Part shown: positions 1-8,255 of the stretch, piece after piece
How the letters are laid out: each line of letters begins with the position of its first letter
Position numbering within the stretch: the first letter of the stretch is position 1
Assembly (NCBI GenBank): GCA_964466945.1
Contig: CAYXPA010000006.1
Coordinates: forward strand, 189 to 64,188
Direction of reading: 5' to 3'
Length of the DNA: 64,000 bases
Origin: an uncultured Verrucomicrobiota bacterium
Lineage (GTDB): Bacteria > Verrucomicrobiota > Verrucomicrobiia > Limisphaerales > J093
The notes under the pieces: generated by a model
What the model was told of the DNA's origin: nothing
Seen by the model: only the letters and a program-made list of their open reading frames with translations
Databases searched by the model: none
Made by a program: the position numbers and the translations under genes

Positions 1-92
1 GAAGGAGCGTTTCCCCTGCGCTGCGCTTGCCCTCTCAGGTTCAGCGGAGCTGCCGGGCGGGAAAAACGCCCGCACCGGCACCCGGCGGACGG

Positions 93-332
93 TCACTGCT
101 TGGGCTTGAGCAGCGGGTGCTTGTAGTGGCGCTTGACGCTCTTGCAGGAATCCAGCGACTGGCGGGCGTCGTCGTTTTCCCAGACCTCATCGAAGACCGG
201 CCGGGTGGGGCGCCGGGGCAGGCGCCGCTCCTTGAGGATGGTGCCGTCGTCCTTGCACAAGATTTCGATGTACCGCGGCTCCTCCAGCGGCCGGAAGCGG
301 TTCGACAAAATGACCAGGACCTTGCGCTGCAT
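93..332 (-). CDS. hypothetical small protein (79 aa)
   Basis: ATG at 332 inside ORF 93..494. The protein runs MQRKVLVILSNRF...KHPLLKPKQ. G/C third-position bias is strong, as in the real genes here. No family recognised. Confidence 0.5.
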   Translation of the reverse strand: MQRKVLVILSNRFRPLEEPRYIEILCKDDGTILKERRLPRRPTRPVFDEVWENDDARQSLDSCKSVKRHYKHPLLKPKQ

Positions 333-473
333 GGTGTGCTCGTGTGCCCGCGCGCTGCGAGGCTGCGGGCGGCGTGGAAATACACCGCGCCGCCCTAGCC
401 GACAAGCCGGATTGACCCGCCGCAACCCGCGGAACTTTCCCAGCCCCGGTCGTCGGTGCCCGGCAACTAACCA

Positions 474-515
474 CAGGCATCCGGCGTCTGGCATCTGGCA
501 TCCGGTATCCGAACC
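474..515 (+). repeat. 7-bp tandem repeat tract (about 6 units, CCGGYAT-like)
   Basis: Read directly: CAGGCAT CCGGCGT CTGGCAT CTGGCAT CCGGTAT CCGAACC. Confidence 0.8.
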
Positions 516-610
516 CGCCCCACAGCGTCGGCAAGCCGGCCTGCCTGCGCCAAGCGAAGCACGGCAGGCAGGCGCACTCTAGCGAGGTAGGGCGCCGCTG
601 CGCCGGCGCC

Positions 611-743
611 GTAGCGCAGGTTTCCAACCTGCCGTACCGCCTACTTCCAGTCGGCAGACCGCCGGAATACCGCAGCGCCACGGAACACGCCCGCTTCTGC
701 GGGTGGGAAACCCGCGATCCGGCAGACCACAGGTCCGCGCTAC
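611..743 (+). repeat. 133-bp REPIN-like unit, copy 1
   Basis: Inverted termini GTAGCGCAG...CTGCGCTAC with internal hairpins. It differs from copy 2 at 10 of 133 positions by manual alignment. Confidence 0.9.
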
Positions 744-782
744 GCTGCCGGGCGGGCCGCCTGCCGCTCCCGACTCCCGCCG

Positions 783-859
783 CCGGTATCCGATATCCGC
801 CATCCGGCATCCGGCCTATGGCATCCGGTATCCGGTATCCGGTATCCGGCCTCCGTCAT
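783..859 (+). repeat. 7-bp tandem repeat tract (11 units)
   Basis: CCGGTAT CCGATAT CCGCCAT CCGGCAT CCGGCCT ATGGCAT CCGGTAT CCGGTAT CCGGTAT CCGGCCT CCGTCAT, in exact 7-bp phase. Confidence 0.9.
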
Positions 860-1036
860 CCCCCCTTCTCACTCCTCCCTCCTCGCTTCTCACTCCTGAC
901 TGGGCAGGGCTCCGCTGCGCCGGCGCCCTACCCCGGCCGCGCCGCAGCGTGGCCGTACTGTGCGCCCAGCCTATGGGGTGCGGTACCTTGCCGCCGCGAG
1001 GAGGGAAGCCCGCGACCCAGGGCGGCGCGCCGTCGG

Positions 1037-2086
1037 TCAGGAGGCCGCCGGTTCGGCCGGCTTGGAGGCGGCCTTGAGCGCGGCCAGTTCTTTTTCGAGC
1101 TCGGCCAGGCGCCGGGCCATCTCCGGCAGGCGGTCCAAGAGCGCGTAGAGTCGTTTGGCCTGCGCGGCGGGACGGGCGGGGGACCCCAGCCAGACCTGGC
1201 CGGACGGCACGTGGTTGGTCACGCCGGACTGGGCGCCGATGACCGCGCGGTCGCCCACGTGGATGTGGCCCACCAGCCCGGCTTGGCCGGCCACGGTCAC
1301 ATAGTTGCCCAGGCGCGTGCTGCCGGCGATGCCGGCCTGCGAGATCAGCAGACAGTGCTGGCCGATGACCACGTTGTGGGCGATCTGCACCAGGTTGTCC
1401 ACCTTCGTGCCCCGGCCGATCACCGTGGCGCCGAGCGCGCCGCGGTCCACCGTGACGTTCGCCCCCAGTTCGACATCGTCCTCGATGACCACGTGCCCGA
1501 CCTGCGGCACTTTGCGGTGTTCGCCCCCGTCGAGCACGTAGCCAAAGCCGTCCGAGCCCACCACCACGCCGGCGTGCAGGCGCACCCGGCAGCCCACCTG
1601 CGTGCCCGCGTACAGCGTCACGCCGGGAAACAGCCGCGTGTCCGCGCCCACCTGACAGGCCGCGCCCACGTAATCGCCGGCCATGAGCACCACGCGCGGG
1701 CCGATCTGCGCGCGCTCCGCCACCACGCACAACGGGCCGATGTGCGCGGTGGGGTCCACGCGGGCGCCGGCCGCCACCACGGCGGTGGGGTGGATGCCCG
1801 GCGGAAATTCCGGTTCCGGGTAAAACCACGGCAGGATGCGGGCGAAGGCCACGCGCGCGTTGGGCACGCAGATGAGGGTTTTGCGCGAGGTCACTTCCCC
1901 GGCCACCAAGATGGCGGCCGCGGCGCTGGCCTCGGCGCGGGCCAGGTGTTTCGGGGTTTCGGCCCAGGTCAGGTCGCCCGGACCGGCGGCGTCGGCGGGG
2001 GCGAAGCCGGTGAGGGTGACGGTCGGGTCGCCCAGGACACGCCCCTCGAGGCGTTGGGCCAGTTCGGCGGCGGTGAAGGCGGGCAT
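1037..2086 (-). CDS. lpxD: UDP-3-O-acylglucosamine N-acyltransferase (LpxD)
   Basis: 349-aa ORF with left-handed beta-helix hexapeptide repeats and an LpxD-type N-terminal domain. ATG at 2086. Confidence 0.85.
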   Translation of the reverse strand: MPAFTAAELAQRLEGRVLGDPTVTLTGFAPADAAGPGDLTWAETPKHLARAEASAAAAILVAGEVTSRKTLICVPNARVAFARILPWFYPEPEFPPGIHPTAVVAAGARVDPTAHIGPLCVVAERAQIGPRVVLMAGDYVGAACQVGADTRLFPGVTLYAGTQVGCRVRLHAGVVVGSDGFGYVLDGGEHRKVPQVGHVVIEDDVELGANVTVDRGALGATVIGRGTKVDNLVQIAHNVVIGQHCLLISQAGIAGSTRLGNYVTVAGQAGLVGHIHVGDRAVIGAQSGVTNHVPSGQVWLGSPARPAAQAKRLYALLDRLPEMARRLAELEKELAALKAASKPAEPAAS

Positions 2087-2108
2087 GGGAGCGGGCGCGG
2101 CGGCGGAG

Positions 2109-2471
2109 TTAAAGGCCGCGTTCGGAGACGATGCGGTTGGCCTCGTCCAGGACGATCACGCGCGGTTCCCAGCCGCGGGCGTCCACCTCCTCGACCAGGG
2201 CGAAGCTCATGATGGTGAGCACGTCGCCCGGCTGGCCGCGGTGGGCCACGGCGCCGTTGAGGATGATGTCGCCGCGGCCGCGCGGGCCGGGGATGGCGTA
2301 GGTCTCGAAGCGGGCGCCGTTGTTCATGTTGCCGCAGAGGATGCGCTCGTAAGGGCGCAGCCCGGCACGCTCGAGCAGGGCTTCGTCAATGGTCAGGCTG
2401 CCCTCGTAGTGGACGTTGGCGGCCGTGACGCGCGCGCGATGGATTTTCGACTTGAGCAGTTGGATCAGCAT
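2109..2471 (-). CDS. panD: aspartate 1-decarboxylase (PanD)
   Basis: [29 protein letters not shown] contains the self-processing YEGS site. Internal ATG at 2471 of ORF 2109..2513. Confidence 0.9.
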   Translation of the reverse strand: MLIQLLKSKIHRARVTAANVHYEGSLTIDEALLERAGLRPYERILCGNMNNGARFETYAIPGPRGRGDIILNGAVAHRGQPGDVLTIMSFALVEEVDARGWEPRVIVLDEANRIVSERGL

Positions 2472-2568
2472 AACCGGCGGGCGGGTAGGCTCGCCGTGTG
2501 CCCAAATTCGCAAGCGGACGCGGCCAAGTCAACCATGCGCCGGGTCGCCCGCGGAGGAAGCCGGCCGG

Positions 2569-3414
2569 TCAGGCGGCGGGCGGCCGGAGGGGCGCCGCCT
2601 GGGCGGGCAGTTCGTTGAGGCTGCCGCGCCGGTAGCCCAGCAGGTCCAGCGTCACATGGGCGTAGCCCAGCTCTTGGAGCGCGGCGGCCACGCGCTGGGG
2701 CACGCCGTCGGCGAGGAATTTGCCCAATTCGCCGCGGCCCACCTCGATGCGGGCGAGGTGACCGGCCTGGAGTTCGTGATGCCGCACGCGCACGTCGTAG
2801 AAGCCCAGGTCGCGCAGGAGGTTTTCGGCGGCTTCGATCATGCGCAGCTTTTCCGGGCGGACGGCTTCGCCGTACGGGATGCGCGAGCTCAGGCAGGCCA
2901 TTTGCGGCTTGTCGGCGGTGGGCAGGCCGAGCCGGGCGGAGAGGGCGCGAATGTCCGCCTTGGTCAGGCCGGCTTCGCGGAGCGGGGCGCGGACCTGGAA
3001 TTCGGCGGCGGCCTGCGCGCCGGGACGGTGGTCGCCCGCGTCGCTGGCGTTTTCGCCGTAGGCGATGACGGCAAAGCCCTCGGCGCGGGCCAGCGGGACC
3101 AGTTCGCTGAACAGCTCGTGCTTGCAGAAATAACAGCGGTTTTGCGGGTTGGCGAGGTAGTCCGGGTTGAGGAACTCGCGGGTGCGGATGACCCGCACCG
3201 GGAAACCGAATTGCCGCGCCAGCTCGAGCGCCCCGGCCAGTTCGCGCCGCGGCAGGCTGAGCGAATCGGCGATGACCGCCAGCGCGCGCGCGCCCAGGGT
3301 TTGGTGCGCCACGTAAGCCAGGAAGACCGAGTCCACGCCGCCCGAGTAGGCCACCAGGCAGGAACCGTAGCCGCGCAGCAGCGCGCGCAATTTCTCCAAC
3401 TTGGCTTCGACCAC
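2569..3414 (-). CDS. LarE-like PP-loop ATP pyrophosphatase / sulfur transferase family protein
   Basis: SGGVDS PP-loop and ACLSSRIPYGE Cys motif within ORF 2569..3798. Only the C-terminal ~281 aa look coding. I propose a GTG start at 3414 (VVEAKLEKL), which is uncertain. Confidence 0.65.
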   Translation of the reverse strand: MVEAKLEKLRALLRGYGSCLVAYSGGVDSVFLAYVAHQTLGARALAVIADSLSLPRRELAGALELARQFGFPVRVIRTREFLNPDYLANPQNRCYFCKHELFSELVPLARAEGFAVIAYGENASDAGDHRPGAQAAAEFQVRAPLREAGLTKADIRALSARLGLPTADKPQMACLSSRIPYGEAVRPEKLRMIEAAENLLRDLGFYDVRVRHHELQAGHLARIEVGRGELGKFLADGVPQRVAAALQELGYAHVTLDLLGYRRGSLNELPAQAAPLRPPAA

Positions 3415-3464
3415 GGCGGCAAAGTGCCACGGGCGGGCGGGCTTGTCGAGCCGGGCCGCCGGGT

Positions 3465-4925
3465 TCAGGCGGGCGGCGCGCTCGCGGCCGGTTCGCCTGC
3501 CTCGGGCAATTCGGGCAGCGGCTCGCCGGTCAGGCGCACGACGCGGTTGGCGTAGCGGTGGAGGTGGCCTGTGGCCGTGTGGTAGGCCTGTTGGGCTTTC
3601 TCGAGGCTCTTGCCCACCTCCTCGAACTTGCGCTGGAAATGCGTGAAGCTCTGTTGAGCGGCGTTGAGTTGCTCGAGGGTTTTTTGCACGCCGCGGGCGA
3701 ACTCGAACTGGCTGATGCTCATGGCCACGGCCTTGAGTGTGATGGCCAGGGTGTTGGGCGAGACCGGAAAGACCTTCAGCTTGTGCAGCGCCTCGCACAA
3801 CTCGCCGTTGCGGATCACCTCGAAGTACAGCGTCTCGCTGGGCAGGAACATCAGCGCCAGGTCCGTGGTACGGTGCTCGGGGTGGATGTATTTGGCGGCG
3901 ATCTCGCGCGCCTGCTCCTTGATGGTCCGGGCCAGTTGCTCGCGGGCGGCCTGGAGCGCCGCGGGGTCGCTGGTCTCGAAGAGCGGCAGCACCTGTTCGC
4001 GGTTGAACTTGCTGTCAATGGGCAGCCGGTAGTTCGGGAACCGGACCACCGCGTCCACCTTTTCCGGCGAGCCTGGCACGATCGCCACCTGTTCCTCGTA
4101 GGCGCCGGCCGGCAGGAAATCCGCCAGCAGCCGGCCCAGCTCGGCCTCGCCGAACTTGCCGCGCAGGTGCGGCAGCTTGAGCAGGGCGTTGAGCTCGTTG
4201 ATGGACTGGCCCACCTGCCCGACGCTGCGTAACTGCTCCTCGGCCGCCCGCAGGTGTTCCTGCACCTTCTGGAAGTGCGCGAAGCCTTCCTGGAGGTTCT
4301 TCTCGAGCTTGGCCTGCACCTGCTCGCTGATGGCTCCCAGCCGGGCGTCCACGCTGGCCCGGATGGCCTCCAGGTTTTGCGCGGTGCGCTGCTCCAGCGC
4401 CGCGAAACGCTGCTCGAGCGCCCGGGTGGACTCGCCCAGCGCCTGGGCCAGCTCGCCCCGGGCCTGGCGCGCCGCCTGGGCCTGCGTCTCGCTGAGCTGA
4501 TCGAACTTGGCGGCCAGCTTGTCGCCCACCTGGCCCAGACGCGCGTCGGTGCCGGCGCGCAACGCCTCGAATTTCTGCTCGAGCGCGGCCACCGCGGCGT
4601 CCAGCCGCCGCGCCTGCTCGCCGCGCCCCTCGCTCAACTGCCGCTCGACCCCGTCGCGCAGGGCCAGCGTCCCGGCCTGGAGCCGCTCGGCCAGGTCGGT
4701 GCGCAGGTCGCCCTTGACCTGTTCGAGGCGCGCGGCCATGTCGGTTTGGGCCCGCGTAAACGTGTCCGCGAGGTGGTTTTCCAGATCGCCGAGTCGCTGG
4801 TGCAATTCCTCCGGGATGGCCGCGCCCGGGCGGACGCGCCGCCAAACCAGCGCGGCCAGGCCGGCCAGCCCCAGGACCACCGTTGCGAGCAGGATGCCAA
4901 ATTGCCAGTCGTGCATGGCGGGCAT
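3465..4925 (-). CDS. rmuC: DNA recombination protein RmuC
   Basis: N-terminal TM helix, long coiled coil and RmuC C-terminal nuclease-like domain. ATG (MPAMHDWQFG) at 4925 inside ORF 3465..5936. Confidence 0.85.
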   Translation of the reverse strand: MPAMHDWQFGILLATVVLGLAGLAALVWRRVRPGAAIPEELHQRLGDLENHLADTFTRAQTDMAARLEQVKGDLRTDLAERLQAGTLALRDGVERQLSEGRGEQARRLDAAVAALEQKFEALRAGTDARLGQVGDKLAAKFDQLSETQAQAARQARGELAQALGESTRALEQRFAALEQRTAQNLEAIRASVDARLGAISEQVQAKLEKNLQEGFAHFQKVQEHLRAAEEQLRSVGQVGQSINELNALLKLPHLRGKFGEAELGRLLADFLPAGAYEEQVAIVPGSPEKVDAVVRFPNYRLPIDSKFNREQVLPLFETSDPAALQAAREQLARTIKEQAREIAAKYIHPEHRTTDLALMFLPSETLYFEVIRNGELCEALHKLKVFPVSPNTLAITLKAVAMSISQFEFARGVQKTLEQLNAAQQSFTHFQRKFEEVGKSLEKAQQAYHTATGHLHRYANRVVRLTGEPLPELPEAGEPAASAPPA

Positions 4926-5168
4926 CGTGGGCGCCGGTCCGGCCCGGCCAAGGAAAATTTCCCGCGGTTGCCGGGGTGCCGGGTCCGCGGCCGCGAGGCG
5001 CCGGCCGTGGGCGAGGAAGCCGTGCCGCAAGCGACGCGCTTCACCTTCGGCATTGCACCGGCACCGGGACGGTCTAAAATCCGCCGGTTGAACGAACCCG
5101 GCACGCCGCCGGTGAAGGGAACGCGCCGGGTACGGCGCGGAGTCCCGGGGCGGTCGCGGGAATGTAGT

Positions 5169-5900
5169 ATGTCGAGTCACGCCGCTGCGCCGCAGTACGA
5201 GCTGAAGTCGGACATTGCGCAGTTTTGCCTGCCGGTGTCCACGCGCGATCGGTACGCCAAGTACGCCTACGCCAACTCGTTGTTTTTGGCCGTGCTGATC
5301 ATCGGCGTGGTGGGCATCGCCAAGACGCCGGTGATTTCCGAAAAACCCCTGCCCGAAGTGGCGGAGTTCATGCCGGTGGAACTCCCGCCGCCGCCGGACA
5401 CCCCGCCGCCCGACCAACCCGAGCAAATCGAGGAAGCCCAGCCGGAGGTGCAGCCCGAGGCCTTCACGCCCATCGTCGTGGCGCCGGCCAACGCGAACGT
5501 GGCCTTCTCCGTGCCCGTGGAGGGTCCGGTGTTGGTGGCGCCTTCGGTGGCGATGGCCTCGGCCCCGCCTGCGGTGTTGCGCCGGCCCCCGCCGCCCTCG
5601 ACCGCGCCGCCGCCCACCGTGGCGGTCATGCGCCTGAACCGCGGCAAGGGCGGGCCGCCGGGGGTGTTTCCCAATCCCCCCTTCATCCCCAACCTGCTCA
5701 AGTCCGGCGAGTCCGCCTCGCTGGAAATCTATCTGGAGGTGGACGCCGACGGCACCAAGACGGTGGTGGAAATCCGCCGCTCCTCTGGCATTCGGGAGCT
5801 GGATCAACGGGTCCTGCAACACGTCCGCACCCGCTGGCGGTTCGAGCCCATAGGCGAGCCACGGAAGTACACCTGGGAGTATGAAATGCGGGCCAATTGA
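5169..5900 (+). CDS. tonB: TonB family energy transducer
   Basis: TM anchor, Pro-rich spacer (PVELPPPPDTPPPDQPEQ) and TonB C-terminal domain. ATG at 5169, in frame in ORF 4254..5900. Confidence 0.8.
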   Translation: MSSHAAAPQYELKSDIAQFCLPVSTRDRYAKYAYANSLFLAVLIIGVVGIAKTPVISEKPLPEVAEFMPVELPPPPDTPPPDQPEQIEEAQPEVQPEAFTPIVVAPANANVAFSVPVEGPVLVAPSVAMASAPPAVLRRPPPPSTAPPPTVAVMRLNRGKGGPPGVFPNPPFIPNLLKSGESASLEIYLEVDADGTKTVVEIRRSSGIRELDQRVLQHVRTRWRFEPIGEPRKYTWEYEMRAN

Positions 5901-6016
5901 AACCCATTCGGCGATGGACAGCCGGCCCGGACGCAACCTAAACTATCGCCTTTGCGCCGCAGGCAGTGATTCGGCAGCCTGACCCGAGCCGGCCGCGGCG
6001 AGAACCCGGAGCAAGT

Positions 6017-6697
6017 ATGTTTGCAAACGTCGTCATCGAAATGTTCAAGGCCGGCGGGCCCATCATGTGGCCCATCTTGTTGACCGCCATCGTGGCGGTC
6101 TGCGTCATCGGCGAACGGACCATCTGGTGGATCATCCAGAGCGCGCGCCGGGACCCGGAGACGCTGGAAAAGGTCCTGGCCTGCATGGAGCGCGGTGACT
6201 TCGGCGAGGCCTCCCGCCTGGCCGCGGACTCGAAGGACCCGGTCATCCGCATGATCTGGCATGGCCTCAACCATGTGCATTACTCGCTCCAGGGCGCCCT
6301 TCAGGTGGCCGCGGGAGTCGAGTTGCGCCGGGCCGGCCGGTTTCTGACCGTGATGGACACCTTGGTGACCCTGGCGCCGTTGCTCGGGCTGCTGGGCACG
6401 GTGACCGGCTTGATGGGGACGTTTACGGCCATCGGCGACACCGAACTGGCCGTGCAAAAGGTCACCGGCGGCATCGGTGAAGCGCTCATCGCCACGATGT
6501 GCGGTCTGGCCATCGCCATCGTTTCCCTCATCCCGTACAACTACTACTCGAGCAAGACGGTTAAGCTCCAGTTCGAGCTGGAGACCGCGGCCACGAACGT
6601 CGAGGTCATGGTGCAGGCCGCCAAGCAGCGCAACGGGCAGGGCGCCCCCACCGTAGATCCGGCGGGCAAACCCGCGCCGGCCCTTGCCCACGCTTGA
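6017..6697 (+). CDS. exbB: MotA/TolQ/ExbB proton channel protein
   Basis: ExbB-type 3-TM protein (LAPLLGLLGTVTGLM motif). ATG at 6017. Lies between tonB and exbD. Confidence 0.85.
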   Translation: MFANVVIEMFKAGGPIMWPILLTAIVAVCVIGERTIWWIIQSARRDPETLEKVLACMERGDFGEASRLAADSKDPVIRMIWHGLNHVHYSLQGALQVAAGVELRRAGRFLTVMDTLVTLAPLLGLLGTVTGLMGTFTAIGDTELAVQKVTGGIGEALIATMCGLAIAIVSLIPYNYYSSKTVKLQFELETAATNVEVMVQAAKQRNGQGAPTVDPAGKPAPALAHA

Positions 6698-6743
6698 GCC
6701 CCGGAAGTGGGACCCAGCGCCCGAAACCCGCTCTCGCGAAGTC

Positions 6744-7166
6744 ATGAAAATCGGCACCCCGCTGCCTCACAAAAAGGCGCGCATCGAGATCATCCCGCTG
6801 ATTGACATCATGTTCTTCCTGCTGGCCTCCTTCATGATGGCGAGCCTGAGCATGATCCGCCTGCAGTCCATCAAGGTGGACCTGCCCACCGCCACCCAGG
6901 CCAAGCGCGACCTCAAGCCGGACATCCTGAACCTGGCCGTGGACAAACTCGGCGACGTGTACATCGAGAAGGAGCGCAAGACCCTGGCCGAGGCCTTCAG
7001 CTACATCTCGAACAAGTTCCAGGCCAACACCAACCTGCCCGTGTACATCAGCGGCGACAAGGACGCCTCACACGGGGCGGTGATTGCCGTCTTGGACATG
7101 GTGCGTCGGGCCGGGGTGCAGAAGGTCGCTTTCGCCATTTCCCCGCAGAGCGAAAGCAAGCCGTAA
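6744..7166 (+). CDS. exbD: ExbD/TolR biopolymer transport protein
   Basis: IIPLIDIMFFLLASFMM TM segment plus ExbD periplasmic domain. ATG at 6744. Confidence 0.85.
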   Translation: MKIGTPLPHKKARIEIIPLIDIMFFLLASFMMASLSMIRLQSIKVDLPTATQAKRDLKPDILNLAVDKLGDVYIEKERKTLAEAFSYISNKFQANTNLPVYISGDKDASHGAVIAVLDMVRRAGVQKVAFAISPQSESKP

Positions 7167-7327
7167 AGCGGCGCGCCAACGTTCCCGCACGGGCGGGTCG
7201 TAAAGGGAAGCCTCGGCCTCTCAAGATCACCCGAGGGAGAAACCTGATTTCGGGCGCTCGCCGTGGAGCCTGCGAGCGATTCGAGCGCGGGGTCTGACTC
7301 CTTCGGCGGTCACATCCGCCGTGTCCA

Positions 7328-7906
7328 CTACTTGCGGGTGCCGCCGCTGCGTTGCTGCTGCTGCTGCTGCTCGGCGGCCGCCTGGATGGCTTCGTTGGCC
7401 TTTTTGACCTCCTCGACCAGCTTGTTGTACTCGCTGACGGCCTTGTTGTACTGCTCGGCCAGTTTCTTGTAAGCCTCGACCTGCTCGTCGCGCTGGGCCA
7501 CGAGATTCTTGATCGTCTCGTTCTGGCGCGTGATCGCCTCGTTCTGTTTGTTGATGTTCTCGTTGGCCTGTTCGAGCGCCACCTTGTACTGCTCGACCTG
7601 GAGGTTTTTGGCATCGCGTTCCTCGATGGTTTTCTCGAGTTCGCGGGACAACTCGCGGATGCGCACCTCGTTGGTCTTGACCGTGTCCTCCAATTTGGCG
7701 CGGATGCCCTGGACGCGCTCCAGTTCCTGCTGCGTGTTGCGCAACGCCACCTGAAGGTCCTGGATCAGCACCTTGTTGGTGTGAATGTCGTTGGTGAGCT
7801 TGATCTTGTCCCGGGTGAGCTGGCTTTCGCGCTGCCATTGCACGAAGACCAGCACACACAGTGCTGTGGAGATCAAAACCGACAGGTTCAGTATGAGCTT
7901 GTTCAT
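7328..7906 (-). CDS. membrane-anchored coiled-coil protein, unknown function
   Basis: N-terminal TM (LILNLSVLISTALCVLVFV), then ~150 aa of K/E/Q/N-rich heptad-like sequence ending in a Q6 tract. G/C third-position bias supports coding. Confidence 0.7.
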   Translation of the reverse strand: MNKLILNLSVLISTALCVLVFVQWQRESQLTRDKIKLTNDIHTNKVLIQDLQVALRNTQQELERVQGIRAKLEDTVKTNEVRIRELSRELEKTIEERDAKNLQVEQYKVALEQANENINKQNEAITRQNETIKNLVAQRDEQVEAYKKLAEQYNKAVSEYNKLVEEVKKANEAIQAAAEQQQQQQRSGGTRK

Positions 7907-7996
7907 CGGCTGTCCCGGAAGCAGGTGGCTGACCCGGTACCGCGCGCGGAGTGGCGGGCCTGCCTTTCGCCTCGCCCACCGTGGCAGGCGAAAAAA

Positions 7997-8074
7997 TGGT
8001 CGGGGCGGTGAGATTCGAACTCACGACCTCTTGTACCCGAAACAAGCGCGCTAGCCAGGCTACGCTACGCCCCG
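7997..8074 (-). tRNA. tRNA-Pro (anticodon CGG)
   Basis: Reverse complement is CGGGGCG...CTTGT-TTCGGGT-ACAAG...GTGAG-TTCGAAT-CTCAC-CGCCCCG-A-CCA. Full cloverleaf with encoded CCA. Confidence 0.9.
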
Positions 8075-8255
8075 ACCTTTGGCGGGTTAAAATTGCCGCG
8101 GCCGGCCCCGGATTGCAACGCCGAAGTTGGCCTCCCGCGCTGATGGGACCGCCCACCGGGCGCATGTACAAGCCGCCGCGTCGAGGCGGGATTCGGAATT
8201 GCCAGGGGGCGGCGGTTGTGCTGAGCTCAATCCGTCCGCCAAACGGGCATTGCCC

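Larger units (their letters stand above)
474..960. repeat. mosaic palindromic repeat locus 1
   Basis: Module order is heptamer tract, GC hairpin (539-573), 133-bp unit, heptamer tract, polypyrimidine module, GC-rich module. The same modules recur at 15461-15904, 25735-26830 and 48474-48870. The locus is intergenic. Confidence 0.9.

Noticed and set aside
1-92. Weak similarity of the first ~60 nt (CCTGCGCTGCGCTTGCC) to a repeat module, and a GGGCG-N7-CGCCC hairpin downstream of the small ORF.
   Set aside because: The match is too short and truncated by the window edge to call. The hairpin has a short stem and no T-run.
818-2212. Very long ORFs antisense to or out of frame with recognised genes. 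Examples are 818-2212 (+), 7227-9404 (-), 28036-30573 (-), 30047-32002 (-), 39049-41004 (-), 51119-54493 (+) and 54671-57739 (+).
   Set aside because: They overlap unmistakable conserved genes (lpxD, AKR, fusA, rplC/D, secY, the kinase, secA). Their products are Arg/Gly/Ala/Pro-rich nonsense. In GC-rich DNA, stop codons are rare in all frames.
7328-8074. The locally GC-poorer coiled-coil gene next to tRNA-Pro as a horizontally acquired islet.
   Set aside because: Third codon positions keep the host G/C bias, and the lower GC is explained by K/N/E/Q-rich amino-acid composition. No integrase, direct repeat of the tRNA 3' end or other mobility gene is nearby.
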